A DNA stretch of 64,000 nt, taken from the NCBI GenBank assembly GCA_964016885.1, contig CAXHJY010001419.1:1-64000 (forward strand). The letters run 5' to 3'. The translations under genes were made by a program, and so were the position numbers. Below are positions 1 through 13,362 of this stretch, in pieces. Origin of the DNA: Eledone cirrhosa (lineage: Eukaryota). The notes beneath the pieces are model-generated. The model did not search any database. It saw only the letters and a list, made by a program, of their open reading frames with translations, and had not been told where the DNA came from. Within the stretch, counting starts at the first letter, position 1, and every line of letters begins with the position of its first letter.

Positions 1-415
1 CATGGTAGTGATGGTCGTTAAGGTGGCAGATAGAAAGCATCACATCAAATTTTTGCATTCTGAGTTACAATCCCGCCGAGGCTAGCTTTACCTTTCATCC
101 TTACATAAATGATAAAATAAAGTACCAGTAATACACTGGAGACTGTTTAATCGACTTTCCTATCCCACAAAATTGTGAAAAGTTACATATCATTGCTTAA
201 GTAGCAAATTGGCAGAGTCGTTAAGGTGGCAGATAGAAAGCATCACATCAAATTTTTGCATTCTGAGTTATAATCCCGTCGAGGTGAGCTTTGCCTTTAA
301 TCCTTACGGGGTCGATAAAATAAAGCACCAGTAATGTACTGGGGTTGACGATTTAATCGACTTCCCCCTCCCCCCAAATTGCTGGTCTTGTGCCTATATA
401 AAAAAACCATTATAT
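1..415 (+). mobile_element. Two diverged tandem tRNA-derived SINE copies
   Basis: B-box-like GAGTTACAATCC / GAGTTATAATCC followed by the ...CCTTTCATCCTTAC...GATAAAATAAAGTACCAG core shared with the other copies in the window. Confidence 0.8.
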
Positions 416-420
416 ACAAT

Positions 421-602
421 TGGATTGGCAGTATCGGTAGAGGGTCGGACGCCATGCTTTCCAGCATAGTTACGTCCCTTTACGATCTGAGTTCAAATCC
501 CGCCGAGGTTGACTTTGCCTTTCATCCTTACGGGGTCGATAAAATAAAGTACCAGTAATGCACTGGGTAGTTGCTGGCCTTGTGCCTAAAGTAGAAACAA
601 TT
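421..602 (+). mobile_element. tRNA-derived SINE (octopod type, Nin/Deu-like core), full length
   Basis: A box TGGCAGTATCGG, B box GAGTTCAAATCC, core GCCTTTCATCCTTACGGGGTCGATAAAATAAAGTACCAG, tail GGCCTTGTGCCTAAAGTAGAAAC; more than 15 copies in the window. Confidence 0.9.
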
Positions 603-639
603 ATATACAATATGTTGTATACTTTAAAGAAGCAAGTTA

Positions 640-2165
640 ATGGTGATGACAGTGGTGGTGGTGATGGTAGTGATGGTGATGATGGTGGTGATGGTAGTGA
701 TGGTGGTGATGGTGGTGATGTTAGTGATGGTAGTGATGGTGGTGATGTTAGTGATGGTAGTGATGGTGGTGATGGTAGTGATGGTGGTGATGGTGGTGAT
801 GTTAGTGATGGTGGTGATGGTGGTGATGTTAGTGATGGTGGTGATGGTGGTGATGGTAGTGATGGTGGTGATGGTGGTGATGGTGGTGATGGTGGTGATG
901 GTGGTGATGTTAGTGATGGTAGTGATGGTGGTGATGGTAGTGATGGTGGTGATGGTAGTGATGGTGGTGATGGTAGTGATGGTAGTGATGGTGGTGATGG
1001 TAGTGATGGTGGTGATGGTAGTGATGGTGGTGATGGTGGTGATGTTAGTGATGGTGGTGATGGTAGTGATGGTGGTGATGGTAGTGATGGTGGTGATGGT
1101 AGTGATGGTAGTGATGGTGGTGATGGTAGTGATGGTGGTGATGGTAGTGATGGTGGTGATGGTGGTGATGTTAGTGATGGTGGTGATGGTAGTGATGGTG
1201 GTGATGGTAGTGATGGTGGTGATGGTAGTGATGGTGGTGATGGTAGTGATGGTAGTGATGGTGGTGATGTTAGTGATGGTGGTGATGGTAGTGATGGTGG
1301 TGATGGTAGTGATGGTAGTGATGGTGGTGATGGTAGTGATGGTGGTGATGGTGGTGATGGTAGTGATGGTAGTGATGGTAGTGAGTGGTGATGGGTGGTG
1401 ATGGTGGTGATGGTAGTGATGGTGGTGATGGTAGTGATGGTGGTGATGGTGGTGATGGTAGTGATGGTGGTGATGGTAGTGATGGTGGTGATGTTAGTGA
1501 TGGTGGTGATGGTGGTGATGGTAGTGATGGTGGTGTTGGTAGTGATGGTGGTGATGGTAGTGATGGTGGTGATGGTAGTGATGGTGGTGATGGTGGTGAT
1601 GCTAGTGATGGTGGTGATGTTAGTGATGGTGGTGATGTTAGTGATGGTGGTGATGGTGGTGATGGTGGTGATGGTAGTGATGGTGGTGATGGTAGTGATG
1701 GTGGTGATGGTAGTGATGGTGGTGATGGTAGTGATGGTAGTGATGGTGGTGATGGTAGTGATGGTGGTGATGGTAGTGATGGTGGTGATGGTAGTGATGG
1801 TAGTGATGGTGGTGATGGTAGTGATGGTGGTGATGGTAGTGATGGTGGTGATGGTAGTGATGGTTGTGATGGTGGTGATGGTAGTGATGGTGGTGATGGT
1901 AGTGATGGTAGTGATGGTGGTGATGGTAGTGATGGTGGTGATGGTAGTGATGGTGGTGTTGGTAGTGATGGTAGTGATGGTGGTGATGGTAGTGATGGTG
2001 GTGATGGTAGTGATGGTAGTGATGGTGGTGTTGGTAGTGTCGGTGGTGATGGTAGTGATGGTGGTGATGGTAGTGATGGTAGTGATGGTGGTGATGGTAG
2101 TGATGGTGGTGATGGTAGTGATGGTGGTGATGGTAGTGATGGTAGTGATGGTGGTGATGGTGGTA
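640..2165. repeat. (GATGGTRGT)n 9-bp-period simple repeat
   Basis: Directly visible; the ORFs over it are TITT/GGD/VVM artefacts. Confidence 0.97.
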
Positions 2166-2299
2166 ATTGTAGTCAACAGCTGATACAACAACAACACTAT
2201 CAACAACAGCTACACCAATGCCACCACCAACAACGTGAATAACATCTGCAATACTGCCACCACCAACACTGTACTATACAACAACAACACACAATAACA

Positions 2300-2925
2300 A
2301 CAACTCTACCCACACCACCACCACAACCATCACCACTACCACCAGTACCACCACCACAACTCCACCACTACCACCACCACCACCACAACTCCACCACTAC
2401 CACCACCACAATCACCACTACCACCAGTACCACCACCACCACAACCATCACCATTACCACCACCACAAACATCACCACAACCACCAGTACCACCACGACT
2501 CCACCACTACCACCACCACAACCATCACCACTACCACCAGTACCACCACAACCATCACCACTACCACCAGTACCACCACCACAACCACAACCACCAGTAC
2601 CACCACAACTCCACCACTACCACCACCACAATCACCACTACCACCAGTACCACCACCACCACAACCATCACCATTACCACCACCACCACCACCACCACAA
2701 CCACCAGTACCACCACGACTCCACCACTACCACCACCACAACCATCACCACTACCACCGGTACCACCACAACCATCACCACTACCACCAGTACCACCACC
2801 ACAACCACAACCACCAGTACCACCACAACTCCACCACTACCACCACCACCTCCAACCACCACCACCACCACAACCATCACCACCACCACCACCACCCCAC
2901 CACCACCACTACACCCCCACCACTA
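2300..2925. repeat. (ACC)n-derived degenerate minisatellite
   Basis: ACCACC/ACCAGT/ACAACC units. Confidence 0.93.
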
Positions 2926-3119
2926 AATGTGAAGAGGATTTAAGAGAAATAAAAGTTTGTTTAAGATATTTTTTTTTTACTTCATGTGAGAAAAATAAAA
3001 GAATTCCAACAAACGACTTCTTATCAAAGATTTTCTTTCTTTTCAAACTCATTCTCTCTTTTACTGCTGCTAATTGGCTAATGTCGGCTTTTTAAATATT
3101 TCTTTATATTGGTAAAAAA

Positions 3120-3680
3120 CAGGAGGGAGGTGGGAGGGAGAGGAGCGAGAGGAAGGTGGGAGGGAGAGGAGCGAGAGGAAGGTGGGAGGGAGGTAGGGAG
3201 GGGAGGGTGGATAGGGAGGTAGGGAGGGGAGGGTGGATAGGAGGGAGGGAGGGGAGGGTGGATAGGAGGGAGGGAGAGGAGGGTGGATAGGAGGGAGGGA
3301 GAGGAGGGTGGATAGGAGGGAGGGAGAGGAGGGTGGGTGGGAGGGAGAGGAGGGTGGGAAGGAGGGAGAGTTGCGAGAGGGAGGTGGAAGAGGAGGGAGT
3401 GGCGCGAGAGGAAGGTGGGAGGGTGGGAAGGTGGGGAGGAAGGTAGGAGAGGAGGGTGGGGAGAGGAGGGAGAGGAGGGCGGGGAGGGTGGGAAGGTGGG
3501 GAGGAAGGTGGGAGAGGAGGGAGAGGAGGGTGGGAGAGGAGGGCGGGAAGGTGGGAAAGGAAGGTGGTAGGTAGCGAGAGGAAGGTAGGAGGGTGGTAGG
3601 TAGCGAGAGGAAGGTAGGAGGGTGGTAGGTAGCGAGAGGAAGGTAGGAGGGTGGTAGGTAGCGAGAGGGAGGGGAGGGAT
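3120..3680. repeat. Polypurine GGA/GGAG low-complexity tract
   Basis: Directly visible. Confidence 0.9.
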
Positions 3681-4833
3681 GACAGAGCTGGTCTGCACTT
3701 GTTAAGAATTGTGAATGACTTCTTTCAATAAGAGAGGATAATATCTTGTTGTAAGGTGGTATATAAAGAATTCTACTTCCTCTTCCTCTCCAGAATAGGA
3801 GTGTGTGTGGGGGGGGGGGGGGGGGCGGGGGGCGGGGGGGGATTATTATTTTCATTTATAATTTACTAAACAATATTTCCACTGCTAAATACTTCCCACC
3901 TTCATTCCACCCGTCCAAGCTATGTACTATCACCCCATCTCTCCTCCGCCATATTCTCTATATTAACCCCCATCCTCATCTCCTCCGCCATATTGTCTGT
4001 GTTATCCCCCACCCACCCCTCCTATCCTCCACCATATCCTCTATGGTATCCCCCCACCCACCCTCCTCTCCTCCGCCATATCCTCTATGTTATCCGCCAC
4101 CCCCTCTCCTCTCCATATTCTCTGTGTAAAAGACTTTAAAAGACTGTTGAAATACTTTAAAGATCCGACCCTCCTTACTGGATGTTTTGTAGGGGTTCTG
4201 CAAAGGTCAGCTGCAATACACACAACTACGTGTTGCTACCACCAAGAATAAAAAAAAACAATGAGTCCAACGAGGGAAATTCTATTATGGTTATGGTGTT
4301 TCACATGGAACCCTGTAGATATAACACAGAGAAGGTACAGTCCAAGTAAAAACAGCATATAATCTAATAAGAAGGTTAAAGGGGGGCGGGGCGGATATGA
4401 AACAGAAAGTTTGAACGGTAAAGGTAGAAAAGAATCATTGAAATAATTATTCTAAAAGGTGTCCTGTCCCCCAAACCCTAAAAGAATCTATTTTTCTATA
4501 TCAACAAGACACCACGTTTTACCCACAAATCTGTAAGTACTTAAAAAAAAAACAACCTTACTACTGTTATTTTCTGTAACAACAATTCTTTCACTAAAGC
4601 CACACATTCTGCACTAACACAAATTCATCTGATCCAGAAAACATTATATGTAACTACATTATTTGTGGATTGGCAGTATCGGTAGTGCATTCGTATGTGT
4701 AGGGACTCGAGCGTGTACAGGTCCGTATCTGTACAGACACACATGTTTGCCGAGATTTATACCAACACACACACACAGAGTCTCTCTCTCTCTCCATCTT
4801 CCTCATTTAATCACATAGAGATCATACCAAACG

Positions 4834-5007
4834 TGGCAGTATCGGTAGAGGGTCGGACGCCATGCTTTCAAGCATAGTTACGTCCCTTTACGATCTGAGT
4901 TCAAATCCCGCCGAGGTTGACTTTGGCTTTCATCCTTACGGGGTCGATAAAATAAAGTACCAGTAATGCACTGGGTAATTGCTGGCCTTGTGCCTAAAGT
5001 AGAAACA
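4834..5007 (+). mobile_element. tRNA-derived SINE
   Basis: Near-identical to 421-602. Confidence 0.9.
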
Positions 5008-5078
5008 GTTGTTAACAACCAGCACAGCTTAAAGAAGCCCCATGGAGATGAACGATCAGTACCTATGGAGCACTATTT

Positions 5079-5253
5079 TGGCAGTATCGGTAGAGAGTCG
5101 GACGCCATGCTTTCCAGCATAGTTACGTCCCTTTACAATCTGAGTTCAAATCCCGCCGAGGTTGACTTTGCCTTTCATCCTTACGGGGGTCGATAAAATA
5201 AAAGTACCAGTAATGCACTGAATAATTGCTGGCCTTGTGCCTAAAGTAGAAAC
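5079..5253 (+). mobile_element. tRNA-derived SINE
   Basis: Near-identical to 421-602; duplicated with its flank at 5667. Confidence 0.9.
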
Positions 5254-5495
5254 AGATATTTTCTGTTACAACAATTCTTTCACTAAAGCCACACATTCTT
5301 CACTAACACAAATTCATCTGATCCAGAAAACATTATATGTAACTACATTATTTGTGGATTGGCAGTATCGGTAGAGGGTCGGACGCCAGGAATTCGTATG
5401 TGTGTGCATTCGTATGTGTAGGGACTCGAGCGTGTACAGGTCCGTATCTGTACAGACACACATGTTTGCCAAGATTTATACCAACACACACACAG

Positions 5496-5539
<44 letters not shown>

Positions 5540-5666
5540 TTCCTCATTTAATCACATAGAGATCAAACCAAACGAATCAAGTATACACAACTGTTGTTAT
5601 TAACAATCAGCACAACTTAAAGAAACCCCATGGAGATGAAAGATCAGTACCTATGGAGCACTATTT

Positions 5667-5842
5667 TGGCAGTATCGGTTGAGAGTCGGACGCCATGCTT
5701 TCCAGCATAGTTACGTCCCTTTACGATCTGAGTTCAAATCCCGCCGAGGTTGACTTTGCCTTTCATCCTTACGGGGGTCGATAAAATAAAAGTACCAGTA
5801 ATGCACTGAATAATTGCTGGCCTTGTGCTTAAAATAGAAACA
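5667..5842 (+). mobile_element. tRNA-derived SINE
   Basis: Near-identical to 5079-5253. Confidence 0.9.
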
Positions 5843-6648
5843 GATATTTTCTGTTACAACAATTCTTTCACTAAAGCCACACATTCTTCACTAACACAAA
5901 TTCATCTGATCCAGAAAACATTATATGTAACTACATTATATCCAAGAGTCTGCAAGTACAACCAAAGGTTCACCGTAATCTACATCAAGTCAAAACATTA
6001 CAGACATCCGTCTAAATAAATTGAAAAATATGTGGAACTACAAAGAAATAACCAAAGTTAGACACTATACCAAATTACCTTCGAATACTTCACAAAAAGG
6101 ATATATAAAGGTGCACATGGTAGATTAATGTTTTCTGGGGAGTTTCTCCAAGGTTTTGATACCTGTTTTTTTTGTGAGCATTCTTAGAAAAAAATGTTGA
6201 ATAGCAACACTTACACAAGAGAACGAGCTGTCCATTAGAGAATTTTCCTCTAACTAACCACCCTGGAATGGGTCTTATCACCTACCCGCCCCCGCCTCAA
6301 ATAAACAACAAAAAACCCCCCACAAAATTTATTACAATTTCACCAAACTCCAAAATGGCGAAGTATTGTATATTGTATATTGCAATCTAGCCAACTCCAC
6401 TTCATTATCTACCTACATACACTCTCTGAAAACTAGGAATAGACCATATACACTTCAATGGGAAGTAATAGATAGGGCCGCATCGTATAATCCACCGAAT
6501 AAATTATGTAACCTCTGTCTTCTAGAGACCCGCACTATAATCTATTCTAAGCTAAACTTTTAAAATAGAAAATCAAAAATTTTTCCACGTGCCAACACCA
6601 CCACCGACACTCTTTCCACACCTTCAAACCTAGCTGCTAGTATATAAC

Positions 6649-6830
6649 TGTTTCTACTTTAGGCACAAGGCCAGCAATTACCTAGTGCATTACTGGTACT
6701 TTATTTTATCGACCCCGTAAGGATGAAAGGCAAAGTCAACCTCGGTGGGATTTGAACCCAGATCGTAAAGGGACGTAACTATGCTGGAAAGCATGGCATC
6801 CGACCCTCTACCGATACTGGCAATCCATCC
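6649..6830 (-). mobile_element. tRNA-derived SINE
   Basis: Reverse complement of the SINE consensus. Confidence 0.9.
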
Positions 6831-7115
6831 ACAGTTAACACTTTAGGTTTATCAGCATATAATTACCCCCACAACATCACTTTCTTGGATCAGCTCATTC
6901 CCCCACTTATCTCCTATTTATCTCCGATCTTATACTCTACAATAACTATTAGGAATAAACATAAAGTTACCACCACTTAATATAACTACAATATCTTCCT
7001 TACTAATATTTCATTCATTTAATTGGTGTGTGGGTAGGTAGTGGAAAAATGAGACCTTTAAAATATTATATAGAAAAAAAGATTGTATATAAAATTAAGT
7101 ATATAAATTTAAAAA

Positions 7116-7477
7116 TTTACTCGAAGATCCATGACTCATCACCGGTGATGACTGTCCCTAGCAAGTCTGGTTCGGTTTAAAGACGCTCGAGGATGTCCTG
7201 GCACACTTGCATGCGTCGAAACTTCTGGTCATCGTTCAGTAGTTTTGGCACCATCTTCGCGCAGACTTTCCGCATGTCCAAATCTTCAGTGAGAATCTTC
7301 CAGACGCTGTCCCGATTCATGGCCAGCTCATTTGCCATCAGTCGAACAGTCAGCCGACGATTACAGTTATATACTCCAGGGGGATTACTTTGAAGGAGAA
7401 AACTCTTAGTGTGAAGTTTGGGTTTGAAATAAATCTTTTGTGACATCAGTCCTGGAACTTTTCTGACACACCTCGTA
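7116..7477 (-). mobile_element. Internally deleted mariner transposon (5' TIR + transposase fragment)
   Basis: Minus strand starts TACGAGGTGTGTCAGAAAAGTTCC in (TA)n; translation [41 protein letters not shown]...VITGDESWIFE gives the HTH, WVPxxL-like linker and first catalytic D. Confidence 0.88.
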
Positions 7478-7503
7478 TATATATATATGTATTTATATGT
7501 ATT

Positions 7504-7535
<32 letters not shown>

Positions 7536-7708
7536 TGTATGTATGTACGTATACATATATGCAGCCATCATATAGATATATATGGATATATAGATGTATA
7601 TAGATATATATGTATGTATAAATGTATATAGATATATATGTATGTATAAATGTATATATATATATATGTATACATGTATATATATATATATATATATATG
7701 TATAAATG

Positions 7709-7757
<49 letters not shown>

Positions 7758-7758
7758 G

Positions 7759-7789
<31 letters not shown>

Positions 7790-7886
7790 GTATATATATA
7801 TGTATATATATATGTATATATAGATATAAAGAGAGATATATATGTGTATATATATATGTATATATATATATATAGAGAGAGAGATA

Positions 7887-7930
<44 letters not shown>

Positions 7931-7932
7931 TA

Positions 7933-7999
<67 letters not shown>

Positions 8000-8000
8000 G
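7478..8000. repeat. (TA)n/(TATG)n microsatellite
   Basis: Directly visible. Confidence 0.95.
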
Positions 8001-8402
8001 TATATCTCCTTATAATATATAACCAGCAATTTCTCTGTCTGTCTGTCCGACAGTGGAAACACGTGCGCGCGTGCGAATGTTTTTTGCGCACGCGTAGAGA
8101 GAGAGTGAGAGTGAAAGAAAGAGACAGACTACGAGAGGGGGATAGCGAGAGAGAGAGAGAGTGAATAGACGCTAAAACACGTGCGCGAATGTTTTTTGCG
8201 CACGCGTAGAGAGAGAGTGCGAGTGAAAGAAAGACAGACTACAAGAGGGGGATAGCGGGAGGGAGAGAGGGGGGGGGGGGGGAATTGAGGAGTGCTACAG
8301 AAACATATATACATTTCTGTGTGTGTGTAATATATATATATATATACACACACAGAAATATATATATATACACACAGAAATATATATACATCTCTGTGTG
8401 TG

Positions 8403-8447
<45 letters not shown>

Positions 8448-8485
8448 ATTAAATAAATGGAAAACTATATTTATAAAACCATATT

Positions 8486-8551
8486 TATTTCATTATATAT
8501 ATTTCGGGGATATCATATTAACAATATGTTATGCCTTCATCAGACAAAATA
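8486..8551 (-). ncRNA. Type I hammerhead ribozyme motif, family B
   Basis: tattttgt CTGATGA aggcataacatat-tgtta-atatgatatcccc GAAA tatata TA atgaaata. Confidence 0.7.
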
Positions 8552-8847
8552 CAATATAAACAGTTTTATAGATAAATATATTCGACATACCGTAATAAAC
8601 ATCAACTTCATTTGAAGAGGTTTATTTAATATTGAGGTTTATTTAATATTGTAAATATACTCCAAATATTTGTCGAGTGCTTTTATATCAGTTATAAATA
8701 TTTACTAGTTGTAACCCAACAATTTTAAATATAACTTTACATATATATATATATATATATACACACAGAAATATATATACATTTCTGTGTGTGTAATATA
8801 TATATATATATTAGCAGAAAACCACCCGGTGGGTGGTTTTCTGCTAG

Positions 8848-9345
8848 TCTCTATATATAAAACTGAGGATGTCTGTCTGTGTCTGTAGTTTGAATCACTA
8901 AAACTAGAGAACCACCCAACCGACTGTTTTCAAACTTTACACATTTAATACTTATGTTTCATAGAGTGTTCGCAGCAAACATTTTTTTCAAATTTTCAAT
9001 GTCCTAGGGACCGCATTAGGCGATTTAGCGATCTCTCTCTATAAATCTTAGTCTTTCTCTTTTTAGACAGATACATACATATAACGTCGCGCCCTTATAA
9101 TATCTGTCTGTATGTCTGGCTGTCTGCTACCACCCTTGCTCAAGATAAATCTCACACTCATTCCCCAAACAGTTGGTAAGTGCATACAACTTTTTCCTCA
9201 CGTTTTAAGCCCCAGTGTTGCTTACTTACGAACCACCAGACCCTTACTTCTTTGCCAGCCGTGGTTGTGGCAATACTAAGCTTAGCTAAGGCGGTTATAT
9301 ATTTCACAATACCTTATCCCGTGCAACGCCGGGTACCACTGCTAT
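8848..9345 (+). mobile_element. Non-autonomous Helitron-like element
   Basis: 5' TCTCTATATATAAAA with (TCTG)n; 3' GC hairpin CCCGTGCAACGCCGGG then CTGCTAT (degenerate CTRR); preceded by a palindromic ...CTGCTAG end at 8811-8847. Confidence 0.6.
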
Positions 9346-9377
<32 letters not shown>

Positions 9378-9736
9378 TAAATGTATGTATGTATGTGTGT
9401 CTATACCTTATAATCCAACACTTCGAAACAATACAAGATTTGAAAAAAAAATACATATTGGGTCGATATGAAGGAGTAAATCCTGTTGAGGTGATGCCTT
9501 AGCATGGCCGCACTTTAATTACTACGACCAGTTAAAAATATGAAAAATAAACATTAAAAATAATGAACTTATCAGGGGAAAGAACTCTGAGAAGAGTTAC
9601 TTCCCTTGGCAAAGCATTATACTTAACATTCTTACGTGTTTCCTATATCTCAGTGCGTCTTATATTCCGAAAATTATGGTATATATATATATATACGATA
9701 TTAATAAATGGAAACTATATTTATAAAACCATATTT

Positions 9737-9799
9737 ATTTCACTATATATATTTCAAGGATACCAAGTTAAATTATGGTATGCCTTCATCAGACAAAAT
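9737..9799 (-). ncRNA. Type I hammerhead ribozyme motif, family B (weak stem I)
   Basis: attttgt CTGATGA aggcatacca-taatttaact-tggtatcctt GAAA tatata TA gtgaaat. Confidence 0.6.
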
Positions 9800-10369
9800 A
9801 CAATATATAACAGTTTTATAAATAGACATTGACGTACCCTTTTAAAAAGTGACCGTTGCTTTTGGAGGCCATCAGGATCGTGGTTTGTTTACTTTAGTAA
9901 GTCATAGTGTTAAGAGTAAGTAAAAAGATGGAGAGAGAGAGAGAGAAACGTGGAGAAAAGAAAGGGAGAGATAGAGAAACGTGGAGAAAAGAAAGGGAGA
10001 GATAGATAAAGAAAAAGAAGAAAGCAAAAAGAAAAGAGAACAGAGGAAAATAACGGGGAGATATCAAACCATCAGACAGAGAAAAAAACTCAAGAGAGAG
10101 ATATATAGAGATAGAGAGATGGGGGAGAGAACGAAAACCTTAAGTTATGTCATATTAAGTTGATATATATATATATATATATATATATAGTAAAAGAATT
10201 ATTACTCCAAGAATTATTTCTCCAAGAACCACCTACCTAGGAACATTCTTAAACCGACCACCTAACTAAGGAAACTTCTTGTTGAGTCAAACAACACCGT
10301 ACGTTAAAACTATCCTCAACACAGTACTCAAAACCTCTAGCTGGATTACCTTAAACGATACCTTGTTAT

Positions 10370-10406
<37 letters not shown>

Positions 10407-10553
10407 GTTAAAATACTGGAGCGTGTTGGAGTTAAACACGCTCTTCGTATTATAGAAATGACAGTAAAAGGTATAGCTCAATGTAGTTAAACAGAGCCGA
10501 AGAATTAAGAAAGTAAAACAAAGAAGCCTTCAATACATCAAAAGTCTTTATTA

Positions 10554-10591
10554 GCCGACAATGTTTCGTCCTATTAAGGACTCATCAGGGC
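10554..10591 (-). ncRNA. Minimal type I hammerhead ribozyme, family D
   Basis: gcc CTGATGA gtcct-taat-aggac GAAA cattg TC ggc, immediately followed by AATAAA; GUC cleavage triplet. Confidence 0.85.
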
Positions 10592-11359
10592 AATTAAAAC
10601 AACAAGAAGTATTATCGGCCAATACAAGCCGGAAACTATATATACACCATAATTAGGGTCGCATGTGGTGGTAGAGATATGGCCATATGATCGCTAGTTG
10701 CGATATAAGCAGGCAACTGGCGGATGAATAAGCAAACCCGGACCAACAGTGGTAAACTATTAGGGGAAATGGAGAAATGGGTGACACTTTGCGGCACCCA
10801 AGAAAACTCTCACAGCCCAGTGATATAGTTACGACAAGACAAGTAAAGGCTGCCTCTACATAAGCCTAGTCGTCGCAGGTTTGAGAAAGTACCAGATTTT
10901 TTCTTCGAAGTCCCGACTGCAGTTTCGCCGAATCCGTTTGCAGCAATTTATGCACTATAGAAGTGCATCATGACTGTGAGGTTGATAAGGCTTATCAAGA
11001 GACCTCCTCAAAAAGGATTGTTTCTTGACGCGTTCGTATATATATAAATGAGAATAACATTAAGATGCAGATGTTACATAAATCGTTTATTCATAATAAC
11101 CATTTCAACGGTTCTCTTATGCAATCCAAGATGTAATTTATGCATTTGCTGTTGTTGTTATGAGAACGGGGGGTCTATAAAATAAAGTACCAGTAATACA
11201 CTGGCGTCAATTTAATCTACTTCCTCCTCCCCCAGACTACTGGCCTTATGCCTATACTAGAAATTATTATTATTATCTTTCAAGATGGTAGCTACAGTAT
11301 TGATTCCTGTTTATATCAAAGTTGAGCACCACTTGAAGAAATTGTTTTTGTATCATAAC

Positions 11360-11610
11360 TCTCAAGAAATCTCTCTCTCCCTCCCTCCGCCTCTCCACCT
11401 CTACACACTCTCTCCTCCTCTACACACTCTCTCCTCCTCCACACTCTCTCCCTCTCCACTCTCTCTGTTTCCCTCCACACTCTTTCCTCCTCCACTCTCT
11501 CTCTTTCCCTCCACACTCTCTTTCTCTCTCCACACTCCGCCACTCTCTCTTTCCCGCCACATTCTCTCCCTCTCCACTCTCTCTCTCTTTCCCTCTCCAC
11601 TCTCTCCCCC
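11360..11610. repeat. (CT)n-rich polypyrimidine repeat
   Basis: Directly visible. Confidence 0.9.
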
Positions 11611-11842
11611 TTTATTTGTGTTTTATAATGGGAGAGAAACACTGTTCCAATTAATTCCACAAACAACAACACAACAACTACAAAAGCAACGACAATCTGA
11701 GTTTTTCGAATATTAATAATAACATTCTATTCGTTTGCAATTACATTTATTCTATTCAGACATGTAGAGCGAAAATTTTCTTATATATATATATATATAT
11801 ATATAATATAAGATCAAAAGATGGTTAAAGGAGTTCAATATA

Positions 11843-11909
11843 TTTTATTATGCGCATTTCAAAAGCAAACATCATCAAACAATAATATTTGTGTTTTCAT
11901 CAGATAAAA
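11843..11909 (-). ncRNA. Type I hammerhead ribozyme, family A
   Basis: ttttat CTGATGA aaacacaaatattattgtttgatgatgtttgctttt GAAA tgcgca TA ataaaa. Confidence 0.75.
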
Positions 11910-12033
11910 CAGGAGAACATGATATGAAGGCTAAAAAAACACTTGTTGATAGTGCAGTTTTAAATCAACATATGTTGATTTAAAACTGCACTATCAACAA
12001 GTGTTTTTTTAGCCTTCATATCATGTTCTCCTG

Positions 12034-12100
12034 TTTTATCTGATGAAAACACAAATATTATTGTTTGATGATGTTTGTTTTTGAAATGCGCATAATAAAA
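12034..12100 (+). ncRNA. Type I hammerhead ribozyme, family A
   Basis: ttttat CTGATGA aaacacaaatatt...gatgtttgttttt GAAA tgcgca TA ataaaa; palindromic GCGC in stem/loop III. Confidence 0.78.
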
Positions 12101-12158
12101 TATATTGAACTCCTTTAACCATCTTTTGATCTTATATTATGCATACTCCAGTCCCACA

Positions 12159-12550
<392 letters not shown>

Positions 12551-12564
12551 GGTAAACAGAAATA

Positions 12565-13362
12565 ACAACTATCTAGGGCAGGTAAAATTCCCGAGATCCA
12601 TGGACAAGTTCTCTCCAGCGGTCTCTGTCCCTCGTTATCGCTGCCATATCCTGCGTCTCCCAGAGACCAGTGTCTGTCCTTAGGGCATCAACATACGTTG
12701 AGCTCGGTCTCCCTATTCTAGTGTGTCCGTGTAGGGGCTCCCCCCCCAGGACAACTGAGTGCAGTGTCAACTCTGAATGTCGGTGAGCATGTCCAGCGAA
12801 CCTCGGTCTCCTCTGTGCTACTCTCGAGCTGACATTTGGGAGGCTCCCATACAGCTCTGAGTTCATCATCCTCAGTGTATACTGATTAATGTTCAGAGCC
12901 ATTCTCAGCATTCTTGTGTAGCACCCATCCACCATCTGAGTGAGTTTCTTGGTCAGTGTCCAAGTCTCAGACCCGTTCAACAGCACAGACTCCACTAGAG
13001 CAAGGAAGAGGCGGATCTTTAGGTCTTTACGAAGGTCCAACTTCCACACCGACAAGATTTTGCTCTTCCTCTTCACAACATCATCCTCTGTGTTCCCAAT
13101 ATTTGCTCCCAAACACAAGAAGTCCTCTAACGGCTCTAGGGGCTTGAAGCTCAACTTCATAATCTTTGTCTCCTTGATGTTCTCCACAAGATAATGTCTT
13201 ACTCTCATTCATTCCCAGCCCCACATCGACACAGTCTCCACCTCTAGCATCAACTACTCTGCCCCCTTCACTGTGTTTGTCACCAGAGGTATGTCATCCA
13301 CTGCGATGACAAAAAGGTAGGGAGCCAATGTATTTCCCTGGAGCACTCCAGCCAGTGTCTCT
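12565..13362 (-). mobile_element. RTE-clade LINE 3' fragment (reverse transcriptase C-terminus)
   Basis: GVLQGNTLAPYLF; KIRLFLALVESVLLNGSETWTLTKKLTQMVDGCYTRMLRMALNI...FAGHAHRH...DRDRWRELV. Confidence 0.88.

Larger units (their letters stand above)
4490..6635 (+). pseudogene. Degenerate Penelope-like element (linker + GIY-YIG endonuclease region), interrupted by SINEs and a local duplication
   Basis: 6366-6630 translates NSTSLSTYIHSLKTRNRPYTLQWEVIDRAASYNPPNKLCNLCLLE...IFSTCQH (with a frameshift), matching the PLE GIY-YIG C-terminal CxLCxxE...CRH pattern; 5975-6085 has a VIY...KYV(E)L...KVRH-like remnant; the 5' boundary is uncertain. Confidence 0.7.

Noticed and set aside
421-510. tRNA gene
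   Set aside because: A/B boxes belong to SINE heads; no complete cloverleaf
470-2242. Long ORFs (578, 277 and 285 aa; TITT/GGD/VVM)
   Set aside because: Translations of a stop-free 9-bp simple repeat, starting or ending in a SINE
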